Source of the DNA: an uncultured Candidatus Saccharibacteria bacterium
GTDB taxonomy: Bacteria > Patescibacteriota > Minisyncoccia > UBA6257 > XYB1-36-10
Reading direction: 5' to 3'
Assembly: GCA_964362215.1 (NCBI GenBank)
Contig: CAYIDJ010000004.1
Coordinates: forward strand, 1-41,043
DNA: 41,043 nucleotides
The position numbers and the translations under genes are program-made. The notes beneath the pieces were generated by a model, which was not told where the DNA came from, made no database searches, and was given only the letters and a program-made list of their open reading frames with translations. Below, piece by piece: positions 16,088 to 25,603 of the stretch (its first letter is position 1; the number at the start of each line of letters is the position of its first letter).

Positions 16088-16738
16088 TTAAGCCAGTTGC
16101 AAAATAACCACCCGATAACCGCGCTCGGCACACCAGTCGCGGTCGCCCAGAAATCGGTGAACGTTCACGTAGAGCGAAACGCCCGAACCCACGCCAACGC
16201 TAGCAAAAAAGAACTCACTATGCGACTTAAATAAGAAGAAAGTCGCGTAGCCGTCTTCCCGGAGCCATTTTCGGTGTCTCACCACAAAGCCCTTTATCTG
16301 GGCCTGGGTTAAGCATAATTTGCTGGTGTCGGGGGAGATATCAAACATCTGTTTGAAGGCGCCGTTCTTTATCAGTTCATAGACGGCCACCTTGGCTTCA
16401 GGGGTTGCCTTTCCCTTCTCGTCCGCCTTCCAATTTCGGAAGTCCGAATCAATTCCGGCGGTAAACACGTCTGTCGCCTCCGCCAGAATCTCGGTACCAT
16501 CACACGCGTCAATGGTAAGCCACTCGTTACCGGAGATGGGGCGAAGGTAATCGGTTTGTGGGATTGGCGGGGGCACTAGCCAGCAGGGCTCCTTGCGGAG
16601 GAATAGTTTTCCTTCATTAAACCATTCTTCTCCGTTTGGACCACCCAACTTTTCCGAAAGATCGCAGAGAATTCCCAATTGTTCTTCGGAAATAGTCACG
16701 ATCTTCCGTACGACTTTGCCGAGCATGTCTTTTGCCAT
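16088..16738 (-). CDS. hypothetical protein (216 aa), no family recognised
   Basis: Clean ORF with a perfect SD, AAAGGAGG, 6 nt before the ATG. No motif I can assign. Confidence 0.7.
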   Translation of the reverse strand: MAKDMLGKVVRKIVTISEEQLGILCDLSEKLGGPNGEEWFNEGKLFLRKEPCWLVPPPIPQTDYLRPISGNEWLTIDACDGTEILAEATDVFTAGIDSDFRNWKADEKGKATPEAKVAVYELIKNGAFKQMFDISPDTSKLCLTQAQIKGFVVRHRKWLREDGYATFFLFKSHSEFFFASVGVGSGVSLYVNVHRFLGDRDWCAERGYRVVILQLA

Positions 16739-16789
16739 GGTCAGCCTCCTTTAAGGGGATTTTAAGATACGGCGTAGGCCGTATTCTTT

Positions 16790-17248
16790 TTAACTTAGGT
16801 TTAGGCGCATATACCTTGATAGGGCCTCACGATGAGAAAAAATCAGATTGTGGAAGTTTGCTTTTATATCTTCCAAAGACATAATGCGTGGTACTTCGCC
16901 GGTAATGCCCCGATGAGGAAATCGAGGCGCCCTGGGAAGAACGACCCTAAAAACATAAAAGTCATGGAAAGGCAGGCTTTTAAAATATATACACCTGTCT
17001 TCCATTTCGTTTTCGTCAATTTTTATTCCTGTTTCTTCCCTTACTTCCCTAATAAGAGTTTGGAAGGGAAGTTCGTCATCATTCTTTTTTCCTCCGGGGA
17101 GCTTGAGTTTGTCCCGTTCGGTTCTGACAAGGAGGAAGCGGCGGCCAACTTTGGATGGAAATTCTATGATTCCAAAGACGGCAAAATCGTTGTCCACAGC
17201 CAAAAATAGACTTCTGATGTGCTTATAGTAAATGGTTCTTGAAACCAT
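16790..17248 (-). CDS. NUDIX hydrolase
   Basis: Nudix box GGKKNDDELPFQTLIREVREETGI (GX5EX7REUXEEXGU). ATG 17248 is preceded by AAAGGTGGTGA; the track start at 17308 is less likely. Confidence 0.85.
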   Translation of the reverse strand: MVSRTIYYKHIRSLFLAVDNDFAVFGIIEFPSKVGRRFLLVRTERDKLKLPGGKKNDDELPFQTLIREVREETGIKIDENEMEDRCIYFKSLPFHDFYVFRVVLPRAPRFPHRGITGEVPRIMSLEDIKANFHNLIFSHREALSRYMRLNLS

Positions 17249-17299
17249 AAAATCACCACCTTTCTTATTATATGGAGTATTTTTATAAGTCCTAATCTT

Positions 17300-17327
17300 A
17301 TTATACAACTGCGTATTATTTTGTCAA
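17300..17327 (-). promoter_or_regulatory. near-consensus promoter TTGACA-16-TATAAT for the NUDIX gene
   Basis: On the minus strand: TTGACA (17327-17322, inside the last codons of map) and TATAAT (17305-17300). Confidence 0.55.
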
Positions 17328-18071
17328 GATGAGAGGGGGGCCGGCGGTGATGGCGACGGTGTGTTCAAAGTGAGCAGATAAGGAGTGGTCGCGGGTGCGG
17401 TAAGAGTCGTCGTCTTCACGGACGATGTCGCCGCCGCCTAAAGAGAACATCGGTTCAATGGCTATGGTCATACCGGGAACAAGTTCAATCCCCTCCCCCG
17501 GGCGGCCGACGTTCCAAACCACCGGCTCTTCGTGAAGCTCCCGCCCGATGCCGTGGCCGGTTAAACCCTTAATGACGGAGATTTTGTTTTTGCGGGCGTA
17601 GGAGGAGATGATATGTCCGATGTCGCCCAAAGTATGACCGGCGCGGGCCTCTTTTATGCCTAAATAGAGGGCGGCTTCGGTGATTTCCAGCAGACGGCGG
17701 GCGGCGGGAGAGCCGTTACCGACGATAAAAGTGCGAGCGCCATCGGTGCAGAGCCCTTTGAAGCGGACACCTAAGTCAATGGAAATGAGATCGCCGTCTT
17801 TAAGACAGTAGTCGCCAGGAAGGCCGTGGACAACATATTCGTTGACGGAGGCGCAAATAGAGGCCGGGTAGGGAGAAGAAGCGCCGTCGGGGCGGTAATG
17901 TAAAAAAGCCGGCTCTCCACCGGCGGCGCGGATGGCACGCTCGGCTATTTCGTCCAATTCTTTAAGGGAGACACCGACAGCAAGGCGCGCGGCTACCATG
18001 GAGAGGGCGGCAGACAAAATTTTGCCGCCCATCCGCATCACGGCAATCTCGTCCCGATTCTTGATGGTCAT
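17316..18071 (-). CDS. map: type I methionine aminopeptidase
   Basis: 251 aa with metal ligand contexts VVHGLPG, DLISIDLG, TDGARTF, GHGIGRELHEEP, IAIEPM and FEHTV. Confidence 0.96.
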   Translation of the reverse strand: MTIKNRDEIAVMRMGGKILSAALSMVAARLAVGVSLKELDEIAERAIRAAGGEPAFLHYRPDGASSPYPASICASVNEYVVHGLPGDYCLKDGDLISIDLGVRFKGLCTDGARTFIVGNGSPAARRLLEITEAALYLGIKEARAGHTLGDIGHIISSYARKNKISVIKGLTGHGIGRELHEEPVVWNVGRPGEGIELVPGMTIAIEPMFSLGGGDIVREDDDSYRTRDHSLSAHFEHTVAITAGPPLILTK

Positions 18072-18757
18072 TTAATACGCCTCAATATAGAGGCAAAGAC
18101 GCGGTAAGGCAAGGGAGAGCCGTCAACACGAATGAGGCGATAGCCATGTTCTTTGAATGCCTCTTCAAGCGGTTTGGTTTCACGGCGGTATTCTTCCAGA
18201 CGCTCGCGGATTATTTTTGGGTTATCAATCGCGCGGCGGCGCGTTAGTTTGGCGCCGGTAAAGGGGCTGGTAGTTAAGCGGTGGCCGGCAGTTCCCATAA
18301 TCGGCAAGTTCATAAGGGGGTCAAGCAGGCGAGTTTGATTGCGGCGCAGGGAAGCGTCAGGAGGAATGATAAGTTCAACCACATAAACGCGGTGACGACC
18401 GTAAAGACGTTCTAAGAATGTTATAAGCCCGACGGTTTTACTGTCGCCGAAAGCCTCAAAAGGACGACGGGGTGAGCCGGAGAGGACAATGCCGAAACCG
18501 GCGGCGTGAAGGCGGCGAATTTGATTGGTAACGATATTTAAAACTATATCGGAATCTAACAGGTCGCCGCGGTCAAAGGCGGCGTGGGCGGCTTTGAGTT
18601 TGGCGGTTTTGAGGTTGGCAGGGTTGTGGACAAACTTTTCCAGAAAGCGGCCGGTGTCATAGTGGATAAGATCAAAATGATGGGCGAGAAGGGAGGCCTG
18701 GGTGCCCTTGCCGGAGCCGGGGGGGCCGAATAACACTAGGGCAAGGTTTTGTTCCAT
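18068..18757 (-). CDS. adk: adenylate kinase-like nucleoside monophosphate kinase (divergent, no Cys4 lid)
   Basis: P-loop GPPGSGKGTQ and the position between secY and map. ATGA overlap with map. Confidence 0.8.
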   Translation of the reverse strand: MEQNLALVLFGPPGSGKGTQASLLAHHFDLIHYDTGRFLEKFVHNPANLKTAKLKAAHAAFDRGDLLDSDIVLNIVTNQIRRLHAAGFGIVLSGSPRRPFEAFGDSKTVGLITFLERLYGRHRVYVVELIIPPDASLRRNQTRLLDPLMNLPIMGTAGHRLTTSPFTGAKLTRRRAIDNPKIIRERLEEYRRETKPLEEAFKEHGYRLIRVDGSPLPYRVFASILRRIK

Positions 18758-18763
18758 AGTAAA

Positions 18764-18772
18764 AGTATAGCA
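18764..18772 (-). promoter_or_regulatory. extended -10 TGCTATACT 6 nt upstream of adk ATG
   Basis: On the minus strand, TGC-TATACT is the same 9-mer as at 9392-9400. No SD. Confidence 0.35.
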
Positions 18773-18854
18773 CTTTGGCCGACGTTATTGCTATGTTGCC
18801 AGACGGCTAATTACCAAATTAAGAATGACGAATGACGAATTTTGGATTATGGAG

Positions 18855-20129
18855 TTAGTCGTAGGCGCGGATGGTGAGCTGGGACTCAACTTGGCGCATG
18901 GTTTCCAAGGCAACGGAGACAACAATTAAAAGAGAGGTACCGCCGATAGTCAGGAAAGAAAGATTGGGAAAAAATCCCTGGACAACTAAGGGTAAAACGG
19001 CGATGGCGCCGAGGAAGAGAGAGCCAAACAAAGTGGTGCGGTTGATAACTTTAGAAAGGAAGGAACTGGTTTGGTCGCCGGGGCGGAGGCCGGGAACGAA
19101 GCCGCCGGCCTGCTGGAGGTTTTTAGATATTTCTTTGGGATCAAAAGTAACGGCGGTGTAAAAGTAAGTAAAGACGACTACCAACACAAAATAAGCAAGA
19201 CCATAGAGAAGAAGATTATTGAAAAAGGCGTTAGCCCACCCATTTAAGACAAGGGAAACGGCGGGCGAGATTAGGACGGCCGCTTGCGCGATAAACTGCG
19301 GAAAGAGAAGGATAGAAATAGCAAAGATAATGGGAATAACGCCGGCTTGGTTGACCCGAAGCGGCAGATAGGTGGAGACGCCGCCATAAAGTTTGTTGCC
19401 GCGCACCCGACGGGCGTAAGAGACGGGAATTTTGCGCTCGCCTTCAGTAATAAAGACAACACCGCCGATAACGATTAAGGCGATGACTAAAAAGGCGATA
19501 ATGGCGGCCGGGTCAAGAGTGCCGCTTTGCAGAGAGAAGAAAGAGGCCTGAATCGCCTGCGGCAAACCAGAGACGATACCGGCAAGGATGATTAAAGAAA
19601 CGCCGTTGCCGAACTTGTATTCGGTGATGAGTTCCCCTATCCACATCAAGGCGATGGAGCCGGCAGTAACGATAAGAACATCAAAGAGGAGGGTGGACGG
19701 AGTCAGGTTGAAAAAGACACCGCGGGAATTAAGGAAGTTGATAAAACCGTAGGACTGAACGGCGGCCAGCGGCACGGTAATGAGACGGGAGAGACGGTTA
19801 AATTTGGCGCGGCCGATTTCGCCTTCTTCAAAATAAAGTTTTTTTAGATTGGGAAAAACGATAGTCAAAAGCTGCATTATGATGGTGGCAGTAATATAGG
19901 GACCGACACCAAGCATGACAATAGAAAGATTGGATAGTCCGCCGCCGGAGAAGAGGTTTAAGAAACCGAGCAGTTGACTGCCGGCAAGAAGCTCCTCCAG
20001 ACGGAGAACGTCCACACCGGGGACGGGAACGGCGGCCATAATGCGGAAAACAGCGAGAAGTCCGACGATAGCCAGCAGGCGGCGGCGAAGATCGCCAATT
20101 TTGAATATGTTGAGGGGGTTTATCATCAA
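18855..20129 (-). CDS. secY: preprotein translocase subunit SecY
   Basis: 424-aa polytopic ORF following rplO, with typical SecY segments (GVGPYITATIIMQLL, RKIPV..AR). Confidence 0.96.
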   Translation of the reverse strand: MMINPLNIFKIGDLRRRLLAIVGLLAVFRIMAAVPVPGVDVLRLEELLAGSQLLGFLNLFSGGGLSNLSIVMLGVGPYITATIIMQLLTIVFPNLKKLYFEEGEIGRAKFNRLSRLITVPLAAVQSYGFINFLNSRGVFFNLTPSTLLFDVLIVTAGSIALMWIGELITEYKFGNGVSLIILAGIVSGLPQAIQASFFSLQSGTLDPAAIIAFLVIALIVIGGVVFITEGERKIPVSYARRVRGNKLYGGVSTYLPLRVNQAGVIPIIFAISILLFPQFIAQAAVLISPAVSLVLNGWANAFFNNLLLYGLAYFVLVVVFTYFYTAVTFDPKEISKNLQQAGGFVPGLRPGDQTSSFLSKVINRTTLFGSLFLGAIAVLPLVVQGFFPNLSFLTIGGTSLLIVVSVALETMRQVESQLTIRAYD

Positions 20130-20162
20130 GAAGTTAAAAAATTAAAAATCAAATATAGGTGA

Positions 20163-20618
20163 TTACTGGGATGATTGAGGAGAGTGGACGGTACCGCCGG
20201 CGGCTTTAATTTTGGCGGCGGCGGAAGCGGAAACGAGAACACCGGCGGCGATATTCAGCGCGCCGTCAGGGCGGCCAGTGGCGACAATTTTAACGGCGCG
20301 GCGGCCGCGGTCGGAGCGGGAAATGACGCTGGCGGCAAAAAGAGAAGAACGAGATATGTCTTTAATACCGAGGCGGGAAAGCGTCCGGAAAGTAACAATA
20401 AGAGTGACCGGTCGGGCGCGGCGGTTTTTGTTTTTGCCGACGCCGCGCAACTTAGGCAGACGCTGAATAAGGTCGCGTTCGGCTGGACGAATCCGGTGGC
20501 CGGAGCGTGCTTTCTGGCCTTTAATGCCGCGGCCGGAATAGGAGCCGCGTTTACCGCCGCGGCCGACGCGTTTAGAACGGGAACGGCGAGAGGAAGAGGT
20601 TATTTCGTGAATTAACAT
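20163..20618 (-). CDS. rplO: 50S ribosomal protein L15
   Basis: KRVGRGGKRGSYSGRGIKGQKARSG motif. It starts 2 nt after the rpsE stop, so there is no room for rpmD. Confidence 0.95.
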   Translation of the reverse strand: MLIHEITSSSRRSRSKRVGRGGKRGSYSGRGIKGQKARSGHRIRPAERDLIQRLPKLRGVGKNKNRRARPVTLIVTFRTLSRLGIKDISRSSLFAASVISRSDRGRRAVKIVATGRPDGALNIAAGVLVSASAAAKIKAAGGTVHSPQSSQ

Positions 20619-20620
20619 AT

Positions 20621-21088
20621 TTATTGAGGGCGGGTTTTAATCATTTTTAAGGCAACGACAGTGGCGCGAGCGTTAGAAATTTTGTTCTTGGTGCGCCCCA
20701 AGCATTTGGCGGTTATATCTTTTACACCGACCAGGGATAGAACGGAACGGACAGCGCCGCCGGCTTTAAGACCGTGGCCTTCCCGGGCTGGTTTCAAAAG
20801 CACGCGCGCGGCTCCGTATTTAGCGATAACTTCGTGGTTGATGGTGCGCCCGTTCAAAGGAATGGCAATCATATTCTTTCTGGCCTGGTTTTTGGCTTTA
20901 CCAATGGCATCCTGGACATCAGAGCCCTTAGCGACGCCGATGCCGACGCGGCCGCGCTCATCACCCAATAGAATAGTAACCCGAAAACGGAAACGTTTAC
21001 CGCCGGCAATCACACGAGTAACCCGGCGCAGGTCAATCACCTTCTCCTTAAACTCGCTATCTTTAACTTGATGTTTTCTCCTAATCAT
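20621..21088 (-). CDS. rpsE: 30S ribosomal protein S5
   Basis: VTRVIAGGKRFRFRV...GVGVAKG-like core. Confidence 0.96.
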   Translation of the reverse strand: MIRRKHQVKDSEFKEKVIDLRRVTRVIAGGKRFRFRVTILLGDERGRVGIGVAKGSDVQDAIGKAKNQARKNMIAIPLNGRTINHEVIAKYGAARVLLKPAREGHGLKAGGAVRSVLSLVGVKDITAKCLGRTKNKISNARATVVALKMIKTRPQ

Positions 21089-21106
21089 AAAGTTGGTATT
21101 TAAATA

Positions 21107-21469
21107 TTAAAATTCCAAGCCGCCGCCGCGAGCGCTTTCGGCTAAAGCGCGAATACGTCCGTGATAGCGGTAGCGGCCGCGGTCAAAAATCACCTTGGTA
21201 ATGCCGGCGGCGCGGGCGCGTTCGGCGATAAGTTTGCCAACCGAGCCGGCCACGGTGGTCTTATGGCCGCGAGACGCGTCTTTTTTAAAATCCAAGGAAG
21301 AAGCCACGGCCAGCGTGCGGCGGGAAGCGTCATCAATAACTTGAGCATAAATATTAGAATTACTTCTGAAAATGGAGAGGCGGGGGCGGGAGGGAGAGGA
21401 TAAAAGGCGGGCCCGGGTGCGAGTAAGACGGCGGCGACGTATGGAATTGGTGAGAGTTCGTGTTTTCAT
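21107..21469 (-). CDS. rplR: 50S ribosomal protein L18
   Basis: [19 protein letters not shown]...[26 protein letters not shown]. Confidence 0.96.
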   Translation of the reverse strand: MKTRTLTNSIRRRRLTRTRARLLSSPSRPRLSIFRSNSNIYAQVIDDASRRTLAVASSLDFKKDASRGHKTTVAGSVGKLIAERARAAGITKVIFDRGRYRYHGRIRALAESARGGGLEF

Positions 21470-21477
21470 AGGTAAAA

Positions 21478-22023
21478 TTAAGCGGCGGCGGCGCCGACCT
21501 TCTTGCCGGCTTTGCGGATAATTATTTCATCCGAGTATTTAATGCCTTTACCTTTATACGGTTCCGGTTTGCGGAAGGAGCGGATTTTAGCGGCGGTAAG
21601 ACCGACCAAATCTTTATCAATGCCGCTGACGGTGATGATATTCTTATCAACGGAAATAGAAATGCCTTCAGGAACAGGGAAACGGATAGGATGAGAAAAA
21701 CCAAGATTTAAAACAAGATGGGAGCCGGAAATTTCCGCCCGGTAGCCGACGCCGTTGATTTCAAGTTTTTTAGAAAAGCCGCCGGTAACTCCCAGAACAG
21801 CATTATTAAGCAAACTCCACATTGTCCCCCAGTTGGCACGCGCTTGCTTAAAACTTTGGCCGCAAGAAACCTTTATCTTGTCGTCAGTAATATCCACGGA
21901 AACATAAGGTATTTTCTTTACCGATACCTTGCCTTTGGCGCCAGAGACGACAAAACAGCCGTCCGAGTCGGAGACGGACACGCCGGAGATAAGAGAGATG
22001 GGTTTTTTGCCAAGCTTGCTCAT
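21478..22023 (-). CDS. rplF: 50S ribosomal protein L6
   Basis: SKLGKKPI..., [16 protein letters not shown]. Confidence 0.96.
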   Translation of the reverse strand: MSKLGKKPISLISGVSVSDSDGCFVVSGAKGKVSVKKIPYVSVDITDDKIKVSCGQSFKQARANWGTMWSLLNNAVLGVTGGFSKKLEINGVGYRAEISGSHLVLNLGFSHPIRFPVPEGISISVDKNIITVSGIDKDLVGLTAAKIRSFRKPEPYKGKGIKYSDEIIIRKAGKKVGAAAA

Positions 22024-22056
22024 AATTTAATCAAACTCTAAAAACTTTGAATTTTT

Positions 22057-22440
22057 CTACCAGATTTGGAAAAGATACTCACCGCCGATTTTTCCCCGAC
22101 GGGCATTCTCGGCCGTCATAATACCTTGGGAAGTGGAAACAATACCAAGGCCAAATCCCTGGCGAACCGGACGGAGAGAAGATGATTTAACGTAAACCTT
22201 TTTCCCGGGACGGCTTATAAACTTGGCGGTGGAAACACGCGGGGAACCATCGGTTTCATATTTCAAGACAACATCAAGTGTGCGCTTGACTCCCCGTCCG
22301 CGTTTAGTGATATCCCCGATAAAATCGGCTGAGCGCATAACTTCTAAAATAGCCAAATCTTTCTTACTAAAAGGAAGTCTGACTCGTTCTTTGCCAACAG
22401 CCTGGGCATTTTTAATTCTGATAATGAGGTCGGAATACAT
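22057..22440 (-). CDS. rpsH: 30S ribosomal protein S8
   Basis: DLIIRIKNA..., GGEYLFQIW C-terminus. Confidence 0.96.
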   Translation of the reverse strand: MYSDLIIRIKNAQAVGKERVRLPFSKKDLAILEVMRSADFIGDITKRGRGVKRTLDVVLKYETDGSPRVSTAKFISRPGKKVYVKSSSLRPVRQGFGLGIVSTSQGIMTAENARRGKIGGEYLFQIW

Positions 22441-22453
22441 ATAATTTTATTTG

Positions 22454-22639
22454 TTACCAGCTGGATTTTTTAATACCGGGGATTTTTCCTTGAGAAGCCA
22501 TTTCCCGAAAACAGATACGGCATAATCCGAAGTCGCGCATAAAGCCGCGTTTGCGACCGCAATGAAAACACCGATTGACACGTCGGGTGGAAAACTTTGG
22601 TTTTTTCTTCGCGCGAGCGATGACGGATTGTTTAGCCAT
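22454..22639 (-). CDS. rpsZ: 30S ribosomal protein S14 type Z (zinc form)
   Basis: 61 aa with CxxC..CxxC ([23 protein letters not shown]). Confidence 0.96.
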   Translation of the reverse strand: MAKQSVIARAKKKPKFSTRRVNRCFHCGRKRGFMRDFGLCRICFREMASQGKIPGIKKSSW

Positions 22640-23126
22640 GTTTTAAAGGGAGGCGGCAGGCCTCATAGAAAGATAATGCTTTAGCGCGATCACGGGTTAT
22701 GGGGATAATGGATACCTCAAGACCAAAGGAAACACGCGACTCCTCGGGAATAATTTCCGGAAAGATGGACTTGTCTTTAATACCGATATTTAAGACACCA
22801 CCGCGGTCAATAGAATCGGGAGAGAGGCCGCGAAAGTCCTTGATACGAGGCAGTACTATATTAATCAAACGGCTCAAAAAATCAACCGCGTGCGAACCGC
22901 GGATGGTGGTGCGGATGCCGACTACCTGTCCAATGCGAAGTTTGAATCCGGAGATGGCCTGTTTAGAACGGATAACTTGTCCGCGCTGACCGGTAATTAA
23001 AATAATTTCTTTCAGGATTTCCGGCAGGAGACGATTTTCAAAATCTCCCTCCCGGCTGGAGAGGCGACCAAGACCGATATTAACGACAATTTTTTCCAGA
23101 TTATTTTTTATAAATGACTTTTCCAT
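22632..23126 (-). CDS. rplE: 50S ribosomal protein L5
   Basis: VVNIGLG..., ITGQ..., FRGLS and position in the operon. The N-terminus is short relative to typical L5. Confidence 0.93.
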   Translation of the reverse strand: MEKSFIKNNLEKIVVNIGLGRLSSREGDFENRLLPEILKEIILITGQRGQVIRSKQAISGFKLRIGQVVGIRTTIRGSHAVDFLSRLINIVLPRIKDFRGLSPDSIDRGGVLNIGIKDKSIFPEIIPEESRVSFGLEVSIIPITRDRAKALSFYEACRLPLKHG

Positions 23127-23128
23127 AT

Positions 23129-23440
23129 TTACATTGCGGATTGGCAGCGGCGGCAGAATCTGACCTTTTGGCCGTTGGCAGTTTTGACACCAACACGAAC
23201 GCCACGACCGCAGCGGCCGCAGACAGGCATAACATTGGACAGATCAACACGGCGCGGGCGCTCCACAATCTGGCCGGACTCTCCCTGACGGCGAGGGCGA
23301 AGATGTTTTTTAATTAAATTAAGATTTTCCACCGTTAATTTGCCTAATTGAGGATAAAGGCGAACAACCTTACCGGTTTTACCCCGATCTTTACCGACTT
23401 TTATTTGGACAAAGTCGCTCTTTTTGACGCGCTGATACAT
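23129..23440 (-). CDS. rplX: 50S ribosomal protein L24 (with Cys4 knuckle)
   Basis: KKSDFVQIKVGKDRGKTGKV KOW motif. C-terminal CGRCG...CRRC. Confidence 0.95.
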   Translation of the reverse strand: MYQRVKKSDFVQIKVGKDRGKTGKVVRLYPQLGKLTVENLNLIKKHLRPRRQGESGQIVERPRRVDLSNVMPVCGRCGRGVRVGVKTANGQKVRFCRRCQSAM

Positions 23441-23471
23441 ATGGTGGTTAAACTCTAAATAATATTGAATC

Positions 23472-23840
23472 TTAAACGATTTCTTCGGCTAAGTTAGCAA
23501 TCTTATCAAAACCTTTTTCTTTCAACTCGCGCGGAATAGGACCAAAGATGCGGGTAGCGACCGGCTCACGCTTGGCGTCAATAATGACGGCGGCATTATC
23601 GTCAAAACGGACGCGGGTGCCGTCAATACGTTTGACGGCGCTGCGGGAACGGACGATGACCGCTTTTATTATGTCTTTCTTTTTCAGGTTCTTGCGCGGC
23701 TCGGCGACTTGAACGGAAGCAACAATAATATCGCCCAAGCGGGCGTAGCGGCGACGAGTGCCGCCCAAAACACGGAAGCACCGAATGATTTTGGCTCCGG
23801 AGTTGTCGGCTACTTTAATAATGGCTCGTTCCTGGATCAT
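23472..23840 (-). CDS. rplN: 50S ribosomal protein L14
   Basis: MIQERAIIKVADNSGAK...IFGPIPRELKEKGF. Confidence 0.97.
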   Translation of the reverse strand: MIQERAIIKVADNSGAKIIRCFRVLGGTRRRYARLGDIIVASVQVAEPRKNLKKKDIIKAVIVRSRSAVKRIDGTRVRFDDNAAVIIDAKREPVATRIFGPIPRELKEKGFDKIANLAEEIV

Positions 23841-23848
23841 ATATTTAT

Positions 23849-23879
23849 AAACTCTAAATCCTAAATTCTAAACTCTAAA
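23849..23879 (-). repeat. two copies of the recurrent intercistronic element (mRNA sense TTTAGAGTTTA)
   Basis: Plus-strand AAACTCTAAA occurs at 22033, 23450, 23849, 23870, 25584, 26481, 29697 and 33730. Seven of the eight copies lie 8-13 nt upstream of an r-protein start codon. Confidence 0.8.
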
Positions 23880-23899
23880 CAATATTGAAACTATTACTT

Positions 23900-24205
23900 T
23901 TACAAATTTTCGCCAACGGGCGGCTGATTTTCCGATTTAGCGGTGCGGCCGATGATGCGCCAGCGTTTAGCGCGCGATAAGGGGCGTGTCTCCTCAATTA
24001 TCACTTCGGAACCGACGGGATAGGCATTGTTGGCATCATGCGCTTTGAAGGAATGAGTGGAGCGGATGTATTTTCCATACTTGGGGTGGCGGTGAGTTCG
24101 GGAAACTGAAACTACGCGTGTTTTGTTCATGCGGTCAGAAATAACTACGCCGATGAGACGTCTTTTTAATTTAGGATTAGCGGTTTTAGCTGTAAGGGTG
24201 GACAT
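23900..24205 (-). CDS. rpsQ: 30S ribosomal protein S17
   Basis: GVVISDRMNKTRVVSV...HPKYGKY...HD. Confidence 0.95.
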   Translation of the reverse strand: MSTLTAKTANPKLKRRLIGVVISDRMNKTRVVSVSRTHRHPKYGKYIRSTHSFKAHDANNAYPVGSEVIIEETRPLSRAKRWRIIGRTAKSENQPPVGENL

Positions 24206-24216
24206 AATATATAAAA

Positions 24217-24426
24217 TTAACGAGCTGAGCGACTAAGTTCGGAAAGTTTTGTTTTAAGCCGTGCCACTTCTTTTTTGGCGGCGGTGATGGATTTGACGTT
24301 TTTAACCTTACCGCTCAAAAGATCAAAACGCATGGTTTGTAAAGCGTGCTCGCGTTCTTTTATCATCCGCTCCAGTTCGGCGGTCGGTTTGTCGGCCAGG
24401 GATATTATAAATTGTTTGCGTTTCAT
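24217..24426 (-). CDS. rpmC: 50S ribosomal protein L29
   Basis: 69 aa, coiled and basic, lying between rplP and rpsQ. Confidence 0.9.
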   Translation of the reverse strand: MKRKQFIISLADKPTAELERMIKEREHALQTMRFDLLSGKVKNVKSITAAKKEVARLKTKLSELSRSAR

Positions 24427-24436
24427 AAAAATATAG

Positions 24437-24850
24437 TTAGCGCTTGAAAATTATTTTGGTTTTGACGGGAAGCTTGTGGCCGGCGAGACGGAAAGCAGAA
24501 CGCGCGAGCGTTTCACTGACGCCATCCAATTCAAATAAGACGCGGCCGGGGCGGACAGGAAAAACATAATGGTCGACCGCTCCTTTACCGGAACCCATGG
24601 TTACTTCGGCCGGTTTTTTGGTGACAGGCTTGTCCGGAAAAACTCTAATCCAAAGCTTGCCTTCACGCTTGAGATGGTTGGTAATCGCCCGGCGAGCGGC
24701 TTCAATCTGATTGGAAGAAAGCCAAGAGCTAGCAAGCGACTGCAGACCGAACTTGCCGAAAGAAACGTCTCGGCCGCGGGTTTCAACTGTGCGTTTCCGA
24801 GAACGCCCTTTTTGCCACTTGCGGTGTTTAACTTTTTTAGGAATAAGCAT
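24437..24850 (-). CDS. rplP: 50S ribosomal protein L16
   Basis: [11 protein letters not shown]..., [14 protein letters not shown]. Confidence 0.97.
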   Translation of the reverse strand: MLIPKKVKHRKWQKGRSRKRTVETRGRDVSFGKFGLQSLASSWLSSNQIEAARRAITNHLKREGKLWIRVFPDKPVTKKPAEVTMGSGKGAVDHYVFPVRPGRVLFELDGVSETLARSAFRLAGHKLPVKTKIIFKR

Positions 24851-24859
24851 AGGATTTGA

Positions 24860-25573
24860 TTAACTGATACGGCGTTCTGAAATTGACTTTGATTCCCGTG
24901 GCGCTGGAGCCGCGGATAAGAAAGCTACTTCGCCCTTATTGACCCAAACCTTTATACCAATAGTACCGAAGGTTGTAAAGGCAGTGGCTTCTCCGTATTC
25001 AATGTTGACGCGTAATGTTTGGAGAGGAATAGTGCCTTTAGCAAACCACTCACGGCGCGCGATTTCGGCGCCGTCCAGACGTCCGGCAACTTTGATTTTA
25101 ACGCCGCGGACGTCCCGCCCGTGCATGGCCTGGTCAATATATTTTTTGACCACCCGGCGAAAACGAAGACGTTTTTCCAAATCCCAAGCGATTTGTTGGG
25201 CAGTATGCGCGGCCGAAACATCATTGCGTTTTAACTCTTCAATATCCAAGTTTAAAGGCGGAGAAACGGATGGCGGTAATTTGAGTTTACTTAAGGCCTG
25301 ATTCAGCTGCTGGCGAAGGCGATTGATGCCCTCGCCGCCACGCCCGATAATAATACCCGGACGGGCGGCGCGAACAGTGACGCGGCAGCCGCCGGTAGTG
25401 CGGTCTATGGTAATTTCGGCAATGCCGCTTTGGTTTACTTCCCGGCGGATGACCCGGCGAATAGTTTCATCGGCCTCCAAAAAGGGCTGATAACTGCCTT
25501 TAAAGAACCAGCGTGAAATCCAAGATTTGGTGATTCCTAAGCGGAATGAGTCAGGTCTTATTTTTTGGCCCAT
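24860..25573 (-). CDS. rpsC: 30S ribosomal protein S3
   Basis: MGQKIRPDSFRLGI..., KH domain GIIIGRGG, and RREW..G. Confidence 0.97.
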   Translation of the reverse strand: MGQKIRPDSFRLGITKSWISRWFFKGSYQPFLEADETIRRVIRREVNQSGIAEITIDRTTGGCRVTVRAARPGIIIGRGGEGINRLRQQLNQALSKLKLPPSVSPPLNLDIEELKRNDVSAAHTAQQIAWDLEKRLRFRRVVKKYIDQAMHGRDVRGVKIKVAGRLDGAEIARREWFAKGTIPLQTLRVNIEYGEATAFTTFGTIGIKVWVNKGEVAFLSAAPAPRESKSISERRIS

Positions 25574-25603
25574 AATATAATATAAACTCTAAACAAATTT
25601 GAA

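Noticed and set aside
18823-18840. GAATGAC GAATGAC GAAT micro-tandem between secY and adk
   Set aside because: A trivial 7-nt duplication with no associated structure.
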